Origin: Spirochaetia bacterium
GTDB taxonomy: Bacteria > Spirochaetota > Spirochaetia > SZUA-6 > Bin103
Length of the DNA: 64,000 nucleotides
Assembly: GCA_965199955.1 (NCBI GenBank)
Contig: CBDATQ010000001.1
Location: 1,568,001 to 1,632,000, forward strand
Direction of reading: 5' to 3'
Position 1 is the first letter of the stretch. Each line of letters opens with the position of its first letter. A program made the position numbers and the translations under genes. Shown here in pieces: positions 9,872 through 19,510 of the stretch. The notes under the pieces were generated by a model that worked only from the letters and a program-made list of their open reading frames with translations, was not told where the DNA came from and did no database searches.

Positions 9872-10914
9872 GGTTCGAGACCACGTGGGCGTTGGGGTTG
9901 CTCGCGCTCGTCGCGCTGCTGCCGCTGGCGCGCGCGGTGGTGACCCGCGTACGCATCGGCGTCGGGTTCCCGTCGGTGGCGGTGCCGGCGGGTATCACGC
10001 CGTCGCTGCGCCATCGCCTGGCGTGGCTGCCGGCGGCGCTCCAGCTCCTGGCCCTGGCACTGCTGATCGTGGCGCTGGCCCGCCCGCGCGAGGGGCTGGA
10101 GCAGGTGGTCGACGTCAGCCGCGGCATCGCCATCGAGATCGTCGTCGACCGCTCGGGCAGCATGATTGCCCCCATCGCCGAGAGCGGCCGCGGCCCGACG
10201 CGGCTGGATGCGGTCAAGGAGGTGGTAGCCCGCTTCGCGCACGGCGACGGGGGCAATCTGGGCGGGCGGCCCAACGACCTGCTGGGGCTGATCACCTTCG
10301 CGCGCTATCCGGAGACGGTGCTGCCGCTGACCCTGTCGCACGAGACGCTGGACGGTTTCCTGAGCGGCGTGGAGGTGGTCAGCGATCGCAGTCAGGACGG
10401 CACCGCGATCGGCGACGCGCTCGCCCTGGCGGCCGCCCGCCTGCGGGTGGCCGAGGAGGCGCTCGGCACCCGCGACGACTACGAGATCAAGAGCAAGGTG
10501 ATCATCCTGCTCACCGACGGCAGCCAGAACGCCGGTCAGCGGACGCCCGCGGAGGCGGCCGAGTTGGCCGCCGGCTGGGGGATCAAGGTGTACGCGATCG
10601 GCATCGGCGTGGGCGCTCCCGAGCAGACGGTGCGCACGCCGATGGGAACCTTCCGCCTGCCGGCCGGACAGCCGGTGGACGCCGCCGGGCTGCAGGCGGT
10701 GGCGGAGCGGACCGGCGGGCTGTTCCGGCTGGCGGAGGACACCGAGTCGCTCATCGCCGTCTACGGCGAGATCGACCTCCTGGAGAAGAGCGAGGTCGAG
10801 TCGGTCCGCTACGTCGACTTTCGCGAACGGTTCGCGCCGTGGGCCTTGGCGGCGCTGGGCGCGGCGGCGGCGGCCGCGGTGCTCGCCGCCACCGTGTTCA
10901 GGCGCGTCCCATAG
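9868..10914 (+). CDS. batA: vWA domain membrane protein BatA
   Basis: ALARP, VDRSGSM (MIDAS), TRLDAVK, GTAIGDAL, SKVIILLTDG. Confidence 0.88.
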   Translation: MRFETTWALGLLALVALLPLARAVVTRVRIGVGFPSVAVPAGITPSLRHRLAWLPAALQLLALALLIVALARPREGLEQVVDVSRGIAIEIVVDRSGSMIAPIAESGRGPTRLDAVKEVVARFAHGDGGNLGGRPNDLLGLITFARYPETVLPLTLSHETLDGFLSGVEVVSDRSQDGTAIGDALALAAARLRVAEEALGTRDDYEIKSKVIILLTDGSQNAGQRTPAEAAELAAGWGIKVYAIGIGVGAPEQTVRTPMGTFRLPAGQPVDAAGLQAVAERTGGLFRLAEDTESLIAVYGEIDLLEKSEVESVRYVDFRERFAPWALAALGAAAAAAVLAATVFRRVP

Positions 10915-10918
10915 AGCG

Positions 10919-12739
10919 ATGGAACTCACGGACGGCGTGCGGCTCAGCTCCCCGGACGCATTCCTGCTGCTCTGGGTGATCCCCCCGCTGGTCGCCCTGT
11001 TCGCGCTCGCGGCGCTGCGCCGCCGCCGCACGCTGCAACGCTTCGCGGGCGAGCGCGCCGGCTTGCACGCCGAGCGGCACAACGCGCGCCCGTTCAAGGG
11101 CGGCCTGCTGGTGGCCGCCTTGGTGCTGATCGTCGTCGCGCTGGCGCGCCCCGGCTGGACCCCAGAGACGCGCACGGTCGAGCGCCGCGGGCGCGACGTG
11201 GTGTTCGTGGTGGACGTCTCGCGCAGCATGCTCGCCCGGGACCTCGCCCCGAACCGGCTGGAGCGGGCCAAGCTGGCGATCCTGGACACGCTGGAGGTGT
11301 TGCGCGGCGACCGCGTGGCGCTCGTGGCGTTCGCCGGGACGGCGGTGGTGAAGAGCCCGCTGACCTTCGATTACGGTTTCGTGAGATTGGCGGTGGAACG
11401 GCTCTCGACGGACAGCACCTCGCGCGGCGGCACCTTGATCGGCGACGCCCTGCGCGTGGTGCGCGACTCCGTGTTAGAAGATCAGGTCAGCCCGTACCGG
11501 GACGTGGTGCTGATCACGGACGGCGGCGACCTGGGGAGCCTGCCGCTTCAGGCGGCCGGCGAGCTGGGAGCGCTGGGCGCCCGCATCATCGCCATCGGGC
11601 TGGGCGACGAGGTGACCGGGCAGCCGATCCCGGATCCGGATGCCGACGGCGGCTACCTGCAGCACGAGGGGCAGACGGTGCTCACGGCCTTGGCCGCCGA
11701 GGCGCTGCGCGAGCTGGCGGGCGTGACGCCCGGCGGCCGCTACGTCAACGCGGCAACCGGCAACTTCGACCTGGGCGTCCTCTACACGCAACTCATCGCG
11801 GGCGCGGACCGGCGGCTTCTGGAGCGGACCGAGCGCGAGGTCTTCCAGGAGCGCTTCCAGCCGTTCCTGGCCGCCGCGCTGGCGCTGCTGGCGCTGGAGT
11901 TCCTGCTGCCCGACCTGATCCGGCGCCGTCGGCGGCGAGCGGGCGCCGCGCATCCTCCGGCCGTCGCGGTGGTCCTGTTCGCCCTGGCGGCGGCGCTCGT
12001 GGCGCCTGCGACCGCGCGGGCGGTGGGCGTCCCGGAACAGGCCGAGCGCGACGGCCGTCAGGCGTTCGCGGACGGCCGCTTCGCAGATGCCGCGGCAGCC
12101 TTCGGCGCCGCGGCGGAGGCCCGCCCCGGGGTGGCGGAGCTGCTCTACGACGGCGGCATCTCCGCCTATCGTGCGGGCGACCTCGAGCACGCGGCGGGCC
12201 TGCTGCGGCAGGCGGTCGAACAGGCACGCCGCCCGGAGCTGGCGGCTGCCGGCCACTTTGCGCTGGGCAATCTCGGGGTGCGAGGGGTCGAGCAGATGCT
12301 CAGCGTCCAGGGCGGCGCACCGGACGATCCGCCGGCGGCGATCGCGGGCCTGAACGGCGCCGCGCAGTCCTACCGACGCGCACTCGACCTGCATCCGGAC
12401 TGGGAGGACGCGGCGCACAACTTGGAGGCCACCCGGCTGCGCCTGCAGCAACTGCTGCAGCAGCTTCCGCCTCCCGAGCAGTCGGAGGGGTCGCAGGAGC
12501 AGCAGGGACAGCAGCGGCTCGACCAGTCGCAGCAGGGCACCAAGGGCGAGGAGGAGGAACAGGAGCAGTCTCCGCAAGACGCCGGACCCGCGCAGGAGCC
12601 GCAGCCGGCGGCCGAGCAGGAAGACGACGAGCTGGAGCCCGACGAGCTGGCGCGGGCGATCATCGCCGAGGAGGAAGAGCGTGCGGAGCGGCGCCGGCAG
12701 GAGCAGCTCCGGACCGAGCCGGTCGAGCGCGACTGGTAG
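10919..12739 (+). CDS. batB: vWA + TPR protein (BatB-BatC fusion)
   Basis: DVSRSMLARDLAPNRLERAK, ITDG, TPR-like helices, Q/E-rich linker, terminal VERDW. Confidence 0.85.
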   Translation: MELTDGVRLSSPDAFLLLWVIPPLVALFALAALRRRRTLQRFAGERAGLHAERHNARPFKGGLLVAALVLIVVALARPGWTPETRTVERRGRDVVFVVDVSRSMLARDLAPNRLERAKLAILDTLEVLRGDRVALVAFAGTAVVKSPLTFDYGFVRLAVERLSTDSTSRGGTLIGDALRVVRDSVLEDQVSPYRDVVLITDGGDLGSLPLQAAGELGALGARIIAIGLGDEVTGQPIPDPDADGGYLQHEGQTVLTALAAEALRELAGVTPGGRYVNAATGNFDLGVLYTQLIAGADRRLLERTEREVFQERFQPFLAAALALLALEFLLPDLIRRRRRRAGAAHPPAVAVVLFALAAALVAPATARAVGVPEQAERDGRQAFADGRFADAAAAFGAAAEARPGVAELLYDGGISAYRAGDLEHAAGLLRQAVEQARRPELAAAGHFALGNLGVRGVEQMLSVQGGAPDDPPAAIAGLNGAAQSYRRALDLHPDWEDAAHNLEATRLRLQQLLQQLPPPEQSEGSQEQQGQQRLDQSQQGTKGEEEEQEQSPQDAGPAQEPQPAAEQEDDELEPDELARAIIAEEEERAERRRQEQLRTEPVERDW

Positions 12740-12741
12740 CC

Positions 12742-14571
12742 GTGAAAGTCCCTGCTGGTCCCGGCATCCGGGCTCTCCCCCGCGCCCTGCTGGCTGCGGC
12801 GCTGTGTGGCCTGAGCCTGCCGCTCGCGGCGCAGTCGCTGACCGCGAGCGCGGCGGTGAGCGCCGTCGAAACCGAGATGGGGGTGCCATTCACGCTGCAG
12901 GTCGCCGTGGACGGCAGTGACGCCGCCCCGCAGGTCGAGCTGCCGGCGCTCGACGGCGTGTCGTTTCGGCAGGTCTCGGCCGGCCCCAACAACAGCGAGT
13001 CGATCACGATCGCAGGCGGCCAGACCACCCGCCGGGTGACGCGGGGCTACATCGTCAACTACGAGCTGATCGCTTCCCGTGCCGGCCGGCTGGAGATCCC
13101 GTCCATCGGCGTGACCGTGGACGGGCAACGCCTGACGACGCAGCCGCTTGCGGTGACGATCTTCACGCCTCCGCCGATCGAGGAGTACCGGCTGCTCGTC
13201 GAGGCAGCGGCCGACCGCGCGTGGGTGGGCCAGCCGGTCACGCTGACGACGACCTGGATGTGGCAGGAGGGGCTGGGACCCCAGCGGCTGCTCAGCTTCT
13301 CCCATCCGGTGATGAGCGCGGATGATGCCGACGTGGTGGTCCAGCGCGGGCACCCGCCGGGAGATGGCGTGGAGCTGACCGTGCACGGCACGAAACTCAC
13401 GGCGGCCTCGCGCGCGTTGCGCCGGGACGGCAAGGCGCACGTGGCGCTGGTCTTCGAGGTGAAAGTCGTGCCGCGCGAGCCCGGCCGCCTGGAGGTGCCG
13501 GCTGCCACCGTTTCGTTCGAGGGGATCGCCAGCTTCCGCACGGGGCGCGACGTGTTCGGCCGCACGGTGCGCGATGTCCGGCGCCTGGTGGTCTCCGCCG
13601 AGCCCCTGGCGCTCACCGTCGATCCGCTGCCGGAGGCGGGCCGCCCGGACGACTTCTCGGGACTGGTCGGCACTTTCGAGGTCGCCGCCAGCGCCGCGCC
13701 GGCCACCGCGAAGGTGGGGGATCCGATCGCGCTGGAGGTGACGGTGAGCGGATCGGGTGATCTCTCCGCTCTCGCCGAGCTGGACCTGGCCCACCTCGAC
13801 GCGGCCGGCGACTTTCGCGTCGCGACCCAGCGCGTGGAGCGGGCGGGCCGGTTCCCGTCGCGGGCCACCTTCCGGACCACCGTCCGGGCGCTGCACGAGT
13901 CGGTGAGCGCCATCCCGCCCGTGCGGCTGTCCTTCTTCGATCCGCAGCGCGGCGCCTATGCCCAGGCCGCCAGCGCGCCGGTCGCGCTGGACGTTCAGCC
14001 GGCCCGGCAGGTGACGCTGCGCGACGTGGAGGGCGGCGCCATGTCCGAGGAGGAGGGCGGGGGGCTCGCCGCCGCGGCCGCGGGCATCGCCCACAACTAC
14101 GAAGGGGAGCGGCTGCTCCGCCGCCAGCGGTTCGACACCGCGGCGTTCGTGGGGTCTCCGGGGGGCGTGCTGCTGCTGGCCGCGGGCCCGGCGGCGGCCG
14201 GCATCGCCGCGCTCTGGATGCGCCTGCGACGGTTGGCCGTGGCGGCGCCGGCCGCGCGCGGCGCCCTGGCGCGCCTGCGGCGGGAGATCGCCGATGCGGG
14301 AGACGATGTCGCGGCGATGGCGGCGGTGCTGCATGACTACCTGCGCGCGCGCCTGGGCACGAACGGCGCGCCCGGAAACGAGCTGCTGGCGCAGGCCCTC
14401 GACGAGCGCGGCGTGGGATCCGAGCATGTGACCGAGCTGCGAGAGTTGCTGGAGCGAATCGACCGCGTGCGCTACGGGGCGACTACCGATGCGGCCGAGG
14501 TACTCGCCGGCCGCATCCTGCAGTGGGCGGAGGCGGCGGACCCGATCCTGGCCCGCGGGACTGGGGCGTGA
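12742..14571 (+). CDS. batD: BatD-family protein
   Basis: Signal peptide, Ig-like repeats, FSGLVG.F, VGDPI, FFDP..G.Y, C-terminal TM. Confidence 0.82.
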   Translation: MKVPAGPGIRALPRALLAAALCGLSLPLAAQSLTASAAVSAVETEMGVPFTLQVAVDGSDAAPQVELPALDGVSFRQVSAGPNNSESITIAGGQTTRRVTRGYIVNYELIASRAGRLEIPSIGVTVDGQRLTTQPLAVTIFTPPPIEEYRLLVEAAADRAWVGQPVTLTTTWMWQEGLGPQRLLSFSHPVMSADDADVVVQRGHPPGDGVELTVHGTKLTAASRALRRDGKAHVALVFEVKVVPREPGRLEVPAATVSFEGIASFRTGRDVFGRTVRDVRRLVVSAEPLALTVDPLPEAGRPDDFSGLVGTFEVAASAAPATAKVGDPIALEVTVSGSGDLSALAELDLAHLDAAGDFRVATQRVERAGRFPSRATFRTTVRALHESVSAIPPVRLSFFDPQRGAYAQAASAPVALDVQPARQVTLRDVEGGAMSEEEGGGLAAAAAGIAHNYEGERLLRRQRFDTAAFVGSPGGVLLLAAGPAAAGIAALWMRLRRLAVAAPAARGALARLRREIADAGDDVAAMAAVLHDYLRARLGTNGAPGNELLAQALDERGVGSEHVTELRELLERIDRVRYGATTDAAEVLAGRILQWAEAADPILARGTGA

Positions 14572-15398
14572 CACGGGTGCGCCGGGCCGCCGCGCTGTTG
14601 ACCCTGGCAGTCGCCGCCGGCGCCTTCGCCCAGGAGCCGGCCGGCGAGGCCATGGACGCTGTCGCCCTCCTGAAGGAAGCGGCCGATCTCTACCGGCAGG
14701 CCGACCAGCTCGATACCGCCGGCCAGTCGGCGGCCGCCGAGGCGCTGCGCGGTGCGCTGCTCCGCTACGAGCGGGTGGGATCCGATACCGGCTGGAACAA
14801 CGGCCGCCTCGCCTACAACGCCGCCAACACCCACCTGCGGCTCGGCGACGTGGGACGCGCCGTGCTGCTGTACCGGCGGGCAGCGGAGCTGATGCCGGGC
14901 GACCGTAACGTGCGCCAGGGGCTGGCCTACGCGCGCCGGCTGCGAGCCGACCGGATCGACGAGCCGGTGTCGGCCGGATTGATGCGCGTGGTGCTGTTCT
15001 GGCACTACCTGCTGCCCACGCGGACGCGTGCGATCGCCTTCCTGGCGCTGTGGTGCGCCGTGTGGGCGGGCGTCCTGCTGCGCTTGCTGGCGCCCGTCGT
15101 GCGCAGCCAGCGCTGGCTGCGGCCGGCCGGCGCCGCTTGCGTGCTGCTGGCCGCCGCGCTTGCGGGGTCGCTCGCGGCGGAGTTGATCGAGGCATCCACG
15201 CCGCCCGGCGTGATCACCGCCGCCTCCGTGGTCGCCCGGCAGGGCGACGGCCACTCGTACGAGCCCAGCTTCGCGTCGGCACTCCACGGCGGCACTGAGT
15301 TCCGGCTGCTGGAGGACCGGGGCGAGTGGTGGCACATTCGCTTGGTCGACGGCCGCGAGACCTGGATCGTCGCCGGCTCGGGGGAGCTGATCTTATGA
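14568..15398 (+). CDS. batE: TPR + SH3-like protein BatE
   Basis: YNAAN..RLG..GRAVLLYRRA TPR, TM pair, LHGGTEF...W..I.L.DG.E.W SH3-like end. Confidence 0.8.
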   Translation: MTRVRRAAALLTLAVAAGAFAQEPAGEAMDAVALLKEAADLYRQADQLDTAGQSAAAEALRGALLRYERVGSDTGWNNGRLAYNAANTHLRLGDVGRAVLLYRRAAELMPGDRNVRQGLAYARRLRADRIDEPVSAGLMRVVLFWHYLLPTRTRAIAFLALWCAVWAGVLLRLLAPVVRSQRWLRPAGAACVLLAAALAGSLAAELIEASTPPGVITAASVVARQGDGHSYEPSFASALHGGTEFRLLEDRGEWWHIRLVDGRETWIVAGSGELIL

Positions 15399-16450
15399 AG
15401 GTGACCGAAGTACGGGCCGTCTACCCGAAGTGGCGGCAGGTGCCGCCTGCCGACGCGTGGCAGGCGCACTTCTGGCAGATCGCCGTGCGCGTCACCACCG
15501 ACGCCGGCGTGACCGGGTTCGGCTACGGTGGCGGCGGCCAGCCGGCCGTGCAGGTGATCAACGACCACCTGAGCCGCTTCCTGGTCGGCCGCGCGATCGA
15601 CGACACCGGCGACATCGCCGCCGCCTGGGACGAGCTCTACCGGGTTTCGATCCCCTACGGTCGCGGCGGCCTGGCGCAGATGGCGCTGAGCGGGGTGGAC
15701 CTGGCCCTCTGGGACGCGCTGGCCCGCGCCGAGCGCTGCCCCGTGCACGGCCTCATCGGCCCGCGCACCAAGGAGGGGCCGGTGCCCGCGTACGCCACCG
15801 GCAACGACGTCGGGCTGGCCGCGCGCTACGGCTACCCGGCGGTGAAGCTGTCGCACCGCTGGCAGACCGAGGCGGACTTCGGTAGCGCCGCCCGCCAATT
15901 GGAGGCCGCGCGCGCCGCGCTGGGCCCGGCGGTGCGGCTGATGGTGGACTGCTACCTGTCCTGGCCAGCCGATGTAGCCGCCCGCATGGCCGAGCTGCTG
16001 GCGCCGTACCGCCCCTACTGGTTCGAGGATGTGGCGACCCCCGAGCACCTGGCCGAGCTGGCCGCGTTGCGCCCCCGGGTCAAGCCGGTGCTGCTGGCCG
16101 GCGGCGAGCACGACTTCACGCCAGCGGCCTTCGCCGAGATCGGCCGCCACGGCGCCCTCGACCTCTGGCAGCCGGACGTCACCTGGGCCGGCGGCATCAC
16201 CGGCACGCTGCGCATCCTCAAGCTGGCGCGCCGGCACGGCGTGCCGGTCGTGCCGCACCGCGGCGGCGAGCCGTGGGGCCTGCACGTGATCGTTGCCACC
16301 GACTGCCTGGACCTGGCGGAGACCATGCCGCACCGCTGGCAGGAGCCCCGCGACGACCTGTGGCTCGGCGAGCCCGAGGTCACACGCGGCTCGATCGATC
16401 CCGGCGACGAGCCCGGCTTCGGCGTCCGACTGAACGAGGAGCTGCTGTAG
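15395..16450 (+). CDS. Enolase-superfamily dehydratase, L-rhamnonate dehydratase-like
   Basis: SGVDLALWD, PAYATG, LMVDCY, WFED, GGEH, QPDVTWAGGI, PH; ATGA-coupled to batE. Confidence 0.85.
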   Translation: MKVTEVRAVYPKWRQVPPADAWQAHFWQIAVRVTTDAGVTGFGYGGGGQPAVQVINDHLSRFLVGRAIDDTGDIAAAWDELYRVSIPYGRGGLAQMALSGVDLALWDALARAERCPVHGLIGPRTKEGPVPAYATGNDVGLAARYGYPAVKLSHRWQTEADFGSAARQLEAARAALGPAVRLMVDCYLSWPADVAARMAELLAPYRPYWFEDVATPEHLAELAALRPRVKPVLLAGGEHDFTPAAFAEIGRHGALDLWQPDVTWAGGITGTLRILKLARRHGVPVVPHRGGEPWGLHVIVATDCLDLAETMPHRWQEPRDDLWLGEPEVTRGSIDPGDEPGFGVRLNEELL

Positions 16451-16521
16451 GCGCTGGCAACGCGGCCGGCTGAAGCGGGAGCGCCGCCGAGCCCGTCATT
16501 GGGTTATGGTAGGAGGTAGCG

Positions 16522-16935
16522 GTGGCAGAGCCCATGACCCTGAGGGACGAAGACCTCGGCCGCATCGGAGAGTACGTCAAGCCGTGGCTGCGCGAGCTGG
16601 TGGACGAGGTGGTAACGCGCCCGGAGCCGGCCGGCGCCGACGCGCGGCTCCTCGAACGGATGGTCAGAGTCGAGGTAGAGCTCAAGGCGCAGCGCACGTT
16701 GATGGACGAGCGCTTCGGCTTCATGGCGACCCGCTTCGAGGCGGTGGACAAGCGGTTCGAGGAGTTGATCGGTCATACGAATGCGCGCTTCGAGGAATCG
16801 CATGCGCACACCAACGCCCGCTTCACCGAGCTTGCCGGCCAGATGAATGCCCGCTTCAGGACGCAGACCTGGATGATCGGTGTCGGGTTCGGCGTCATCA
16901 CTTCGTTGACGACGCTGTTCGCGCTGCTCTCCTGA
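16522..16935 (+). CDS. Coiled-coil repeat protein with C-terminal TM anchor (DUF1640-like)
   Basis: Repeated xxRF units, 11-aa HTNARF repeats, C-terminal hydrophobic helix; AGGAGG upstream. Confidence 0.7.
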   Translation: MAEPMTLRDEDLGRIGEYVKPWLRELVDEVVTRPEPAGADARLLERMVRVEVELKAQRTLMDERFGFMATRFEAVDKRFEELIGHTNARFEESHAHTNARFTELAGQMNARFRTQTWMIGVGFGVITSLTTLFALLS

Positions 16936-16975
16936 ACTCGGCGGCTGACATGGTCACAGCCTCGGTTTCAGTTCA

Positions 16976-18685
16976 TCACGTCATGTAGCCGGGTAACGCA
17001 GCCTCCTTGGGTGCGGGCTGGACGCCGGCCGCAACGGTGCGGTTGAGCGCGGAGATCAGCGCCAGGGCGGAGGCCTTGGCGATGTTCGGGTGGGTGCCTG
17101 CGCCGAACCGCTGCGTGCCGTCGGTGCGGACGAGCTGGATGTAGGCGATGGCGGTGGAGTCCGTGCCCTGGCCCAGGGCGTGCTCGGAGTAGTGGGTGAG
17201 CTTGAAGTCGTTCCAGCCGGCCGTGCCCAGCGCGCTCTTGAGCGCGTCGATGGGCCCGTTGCCGCTGCCGGTGAGCTCCCTCTCGTCGCCTTCGATCTCC
17301 ACCGTGAGGCGGCCGTTCATGCGTGAGCTGTCCTGAGGATCGCTGGAGATCGCGTAGTCGATGAAGCGGATCGGCTGATCGGCCTCAAGGTATTCCCGCC
17401 TGAAGGCCTCCCAGATCTCCGCCGCGTTGACCTCCCGGCCGGTGCGGTCGGTGATCTCCTGGACCACTTCGCCCACCTCGGGCTGCATGGTCTTGGGGAG
17501 TTGGCAGCCGAACTCGCTTTCCATCACGTAGGCCACGCCGCCCTTCCCGGACTGGGAGTTGATACGGATGATCGCCTGGTAGGAGCGGCCGATGTCGGTG
17601 GGGTCGATCGGCAGGTAGGGGACCTCCCACAGCCCCTCGCCCTGCGCGGTCATGCCCTTGTTGATCGCGTCCTGGTGCGAGCCCGAGAAGGCCGTGAACA
17701 CCAGCTCCCCGGCATACGGATGGCGGGGATGGATCGGCAGCTCGGTACAGGAATCGGAGATCTCGATCAGGCGGCCCAAGTCGCTCAGGTCCAGGCCGGG
17801 ATCGACGCCCTGCGTGTACAGGTTGAGGGCGACGGTGACGATGTCGACGTTTCCGGTCCGCTCGCCGTTGCCGAACAGGGTGCCTTCGACCCGCTCGCCG
17901 CCGGCCAGCATGGCCAGCTCGGTGGCGGCTACGCCCGTGCCTCGGTCGTTGTGGGTGTGCAGGCTGAGAATGATGCTGTCGCGGCGCTGCACGTTGCGCA
18001 GAAACCACTCGATCTGGTCCGCGTGCACGTTGGGGGTCGCCAGCTCCACGGTCGACGGCAGGTTGACGATCATGCGGTGCTCGGGGCTGGGATCCCACGC
18101 GTCGATGACGGCGTCGCACACCTCCACGGCGTAGTCCAGCTCGGTGCCGGTGAAGCTCTCCGGCGAGTACTCGTAGACGATGTCGGTGTCGGTGCGGTCG
18201 GCCAGCTCGCGGCACAGGCGGGTGCCGTCCACGGCGATCTGCCGGATTGCGGCGCGGTCCTTGCGGAACACCACGCGGCGCTGCAGCTCGGAGGTGGAGT
18301 TGTACAGGTGCACGATCGCTTGCGGCGTGCCCTCGATCGCCTGGAACGTGCGCCGGATCAGGTGGTCGCGCGCCTGTGTGAGCACCTGCGGGTAGACGCC
18401 CTCCGGGATCAGGTCGTTGTCGATCAGCGTGCGCGTGAAGTCGAACTCCACGGCGGCCGCGGACGGGAACCCCACCTCGATCTCCTTGAAGCCGATGTCG
18501 GTCAGCAGCGAGAACATGCTGAGCTTCTGCTCCAGGTTCATCGGGTTGATGAGCGCTTGGTTGCCGTCGCGGAGGTCGACGCTGCACCAGATCGGTGCGC
18601 GGTCGATGGTCCGGTTCGGCCAGGAGCGGTCCGGCAGATCGATCTGCGGGAACGGCCGGTATTTGTCGATGACGCCTCGTTGCAT
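16976..18685 (-). CDS. leuA: 2-isopropylmalate synthase
   Basis: WCSVDLRDGNQAL, SLHTHNDRG, GNGERTGN, FSGSHQDAI, IRINSQSGKGG, regulatory GNGPI. Confidence 0.97.
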   Translation of the reverse strand: MQRGVIDKYRPFPQIDLPDRSWPNRTIDRAPIWCSVDLRDGNQALINPMNLEQKLSMFSLLTDIGFKEIEVGFPSAAAVEFDFTRTLIDNDLIPEGVYPQVLTQARDHLIRRTFQAIEGTPQAIVHLYNSTSELQRRVVFRKDRAAIRQIAVDGTRLCRELADRTDTDIVYEYSPESFTGTELDYAVEVCDAVIDAWDPSPEHRMIVNLPSTVELATPNVHADQIEWFLRNVQRRDSIILSLHTHNDRGTGVAATELAMLAGGERVEGTLFGNGERTGNVDIVTVALNLYTQGVDPGLDLSDLGRLIEISDSCTELPIHPRHPYAGELVFTAFSGSHQDAINKGMTAQGEGLWEVPYLPIDPTDIGRSYQAIIRINSQSGKGGVAYVMESEFGCQLPKTMQPEVGEVVQEITDRTGREVNAAEIWEAFRREYLEADQPIRFIDYAISSDPQDSSRMNGRLTVEIEGDERELTGSGNGPIDALKSALGTAGWNDFKLTHYSEHALGQGTDSTAIAYIQLVRTDGTQRFGAGTHPNIAKASALALISALNRTVAAGVQPAPKEAALPGYMT

Positions 18686-18723
18686 GGTTCTCTCCTTGTT
18701 CCTTGAGGGCTTCTGGAGGCTCG

Positions 18724-18777
18724 AAAAAAAAGCCCAGGCTCTCTTCGGTCGATCGCGTCGACCGGAAAGCCTGGGCT
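18724..18777 (-). terminator. Intrinsic terminator of the leuA attenuator
   Basis: Minus strand AGCCCAGGCT...CGGTCGA-CGCGA-TCGACCG...AGCCTGGGCT followed by a T-run. Confidence 0.9.
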
Positions 18778-18797
18778 GCTTCGTGCCGCTCGGTGCG

Positions 18798-18899
18798 CTA
18801 CATGCGCGCTCCCGCGTGGCGTCGGTCAACCCAGGCGGTAAGGCCCAGGAGGCCGGGGAGAAGAGCGAGTAGCGTCGGCAGCAGCGCGCGCGTGTTCAT
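18798..18899 (-). CDS. leuL: leu leader (attenuator) peptide MNTRALLPTLLALLPGLLGLTAWVDRRHAGARM
   Basis: 33 codons with 9 Leu including rare CTA/CTT; GCCTGGGTT in the leader can pair with the terminator 5' arm. Confidence 0.85.
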   Translation of the reverse strand: MNTRALLPTLLALLPGLLGLTAWVDRRHAGARM

Positions 18900-18914
18900 A
18901 GCGTTGTTACCCTT

Positions 18915-18944
18915 AATCTACGGCATCCGCGCCGCGGTACGCAA
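18915..18944 (-). promoter_or_regulatory. Putative sigma70-type promoter of the leu leader
   Basis: TTGCGT-N18-TAGATT upstream of the leader ATG. Confidence 0.55.
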
Positions 18945-18964
18945 GCACCCTGCGGCGGCGAGCG

Positions 18965-19306
18965 CTACGCGGCGCCTTCACCCGCCTTGTCGGCCGGCTG
19001 GTTGCGGGCGCCCCAGAACAACCCTTCGATGATCCCCTCGACCTTCGACAGCCGGTCGCCGAGGTTGACGATCCGGGCGGTGAGCTCCTTGAAGCCGGCC
19101 TGCATCTCGTCCCGCAGTCCGGCTTCGAGGCCCTTCATGTCGTCGCGGACCTCGTTGCGCAGGTCACGAACGTCGTTACGCACGTCGTGAACCTCGTTAC
19201 GCACGTCGCGCACCTCCTGCCGAACGCCTCGGATCGAGGCGAGCACGGCGGTGCCGAGGGCAATTGTCGCTGCGATGATGGCTATCAACTCTGCGTTCAC
19301 GTACAC
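18965..19306 (-). CDS. Small coiled-coil protein with N-terminal TM helix and heptad repeats
   Basis: VRNEVHD/VRNDVRD/LRNEVRD heptads; 21-bp periodic DNA. Confidence 0.75.
   Translation of the reverse strand: MYVNAELIAIIAATIALGTAVLASIRGVRQEVRDVRNEVHDVRNDVRDLRNEVRDDMKGLEAGLRDEMQAGFKELTARIVNLGDRLSKVEGIIEGLFWGARNQPADKAGEGAA
19140..19225. repeat. Degenerate 21-bp tandem repeat encoding heptads
   Basis: TCGTTACGCACGTCG at 19173 and 19194. Confidence 0.7.
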
Positions 19307-19510
19307 CTCTCCGGCGCCTCCCGCTCCCTGACGGAATCGTACCGGTCGGTGGGCCGTATGTCACCGCGCCGGCATGGTCCATAGGAGCCAAGAGACCTAT
19401 GTATCGTTTAACCGCACGCGACTCGCTGCCGCTTCATCGCGGGCCGTTGTGGCGCGGCGCTGAGTGACCAAGGGCTTGATTCGTCCGCGTCGGGCTGCGA
19501 ACGTGCCCGC

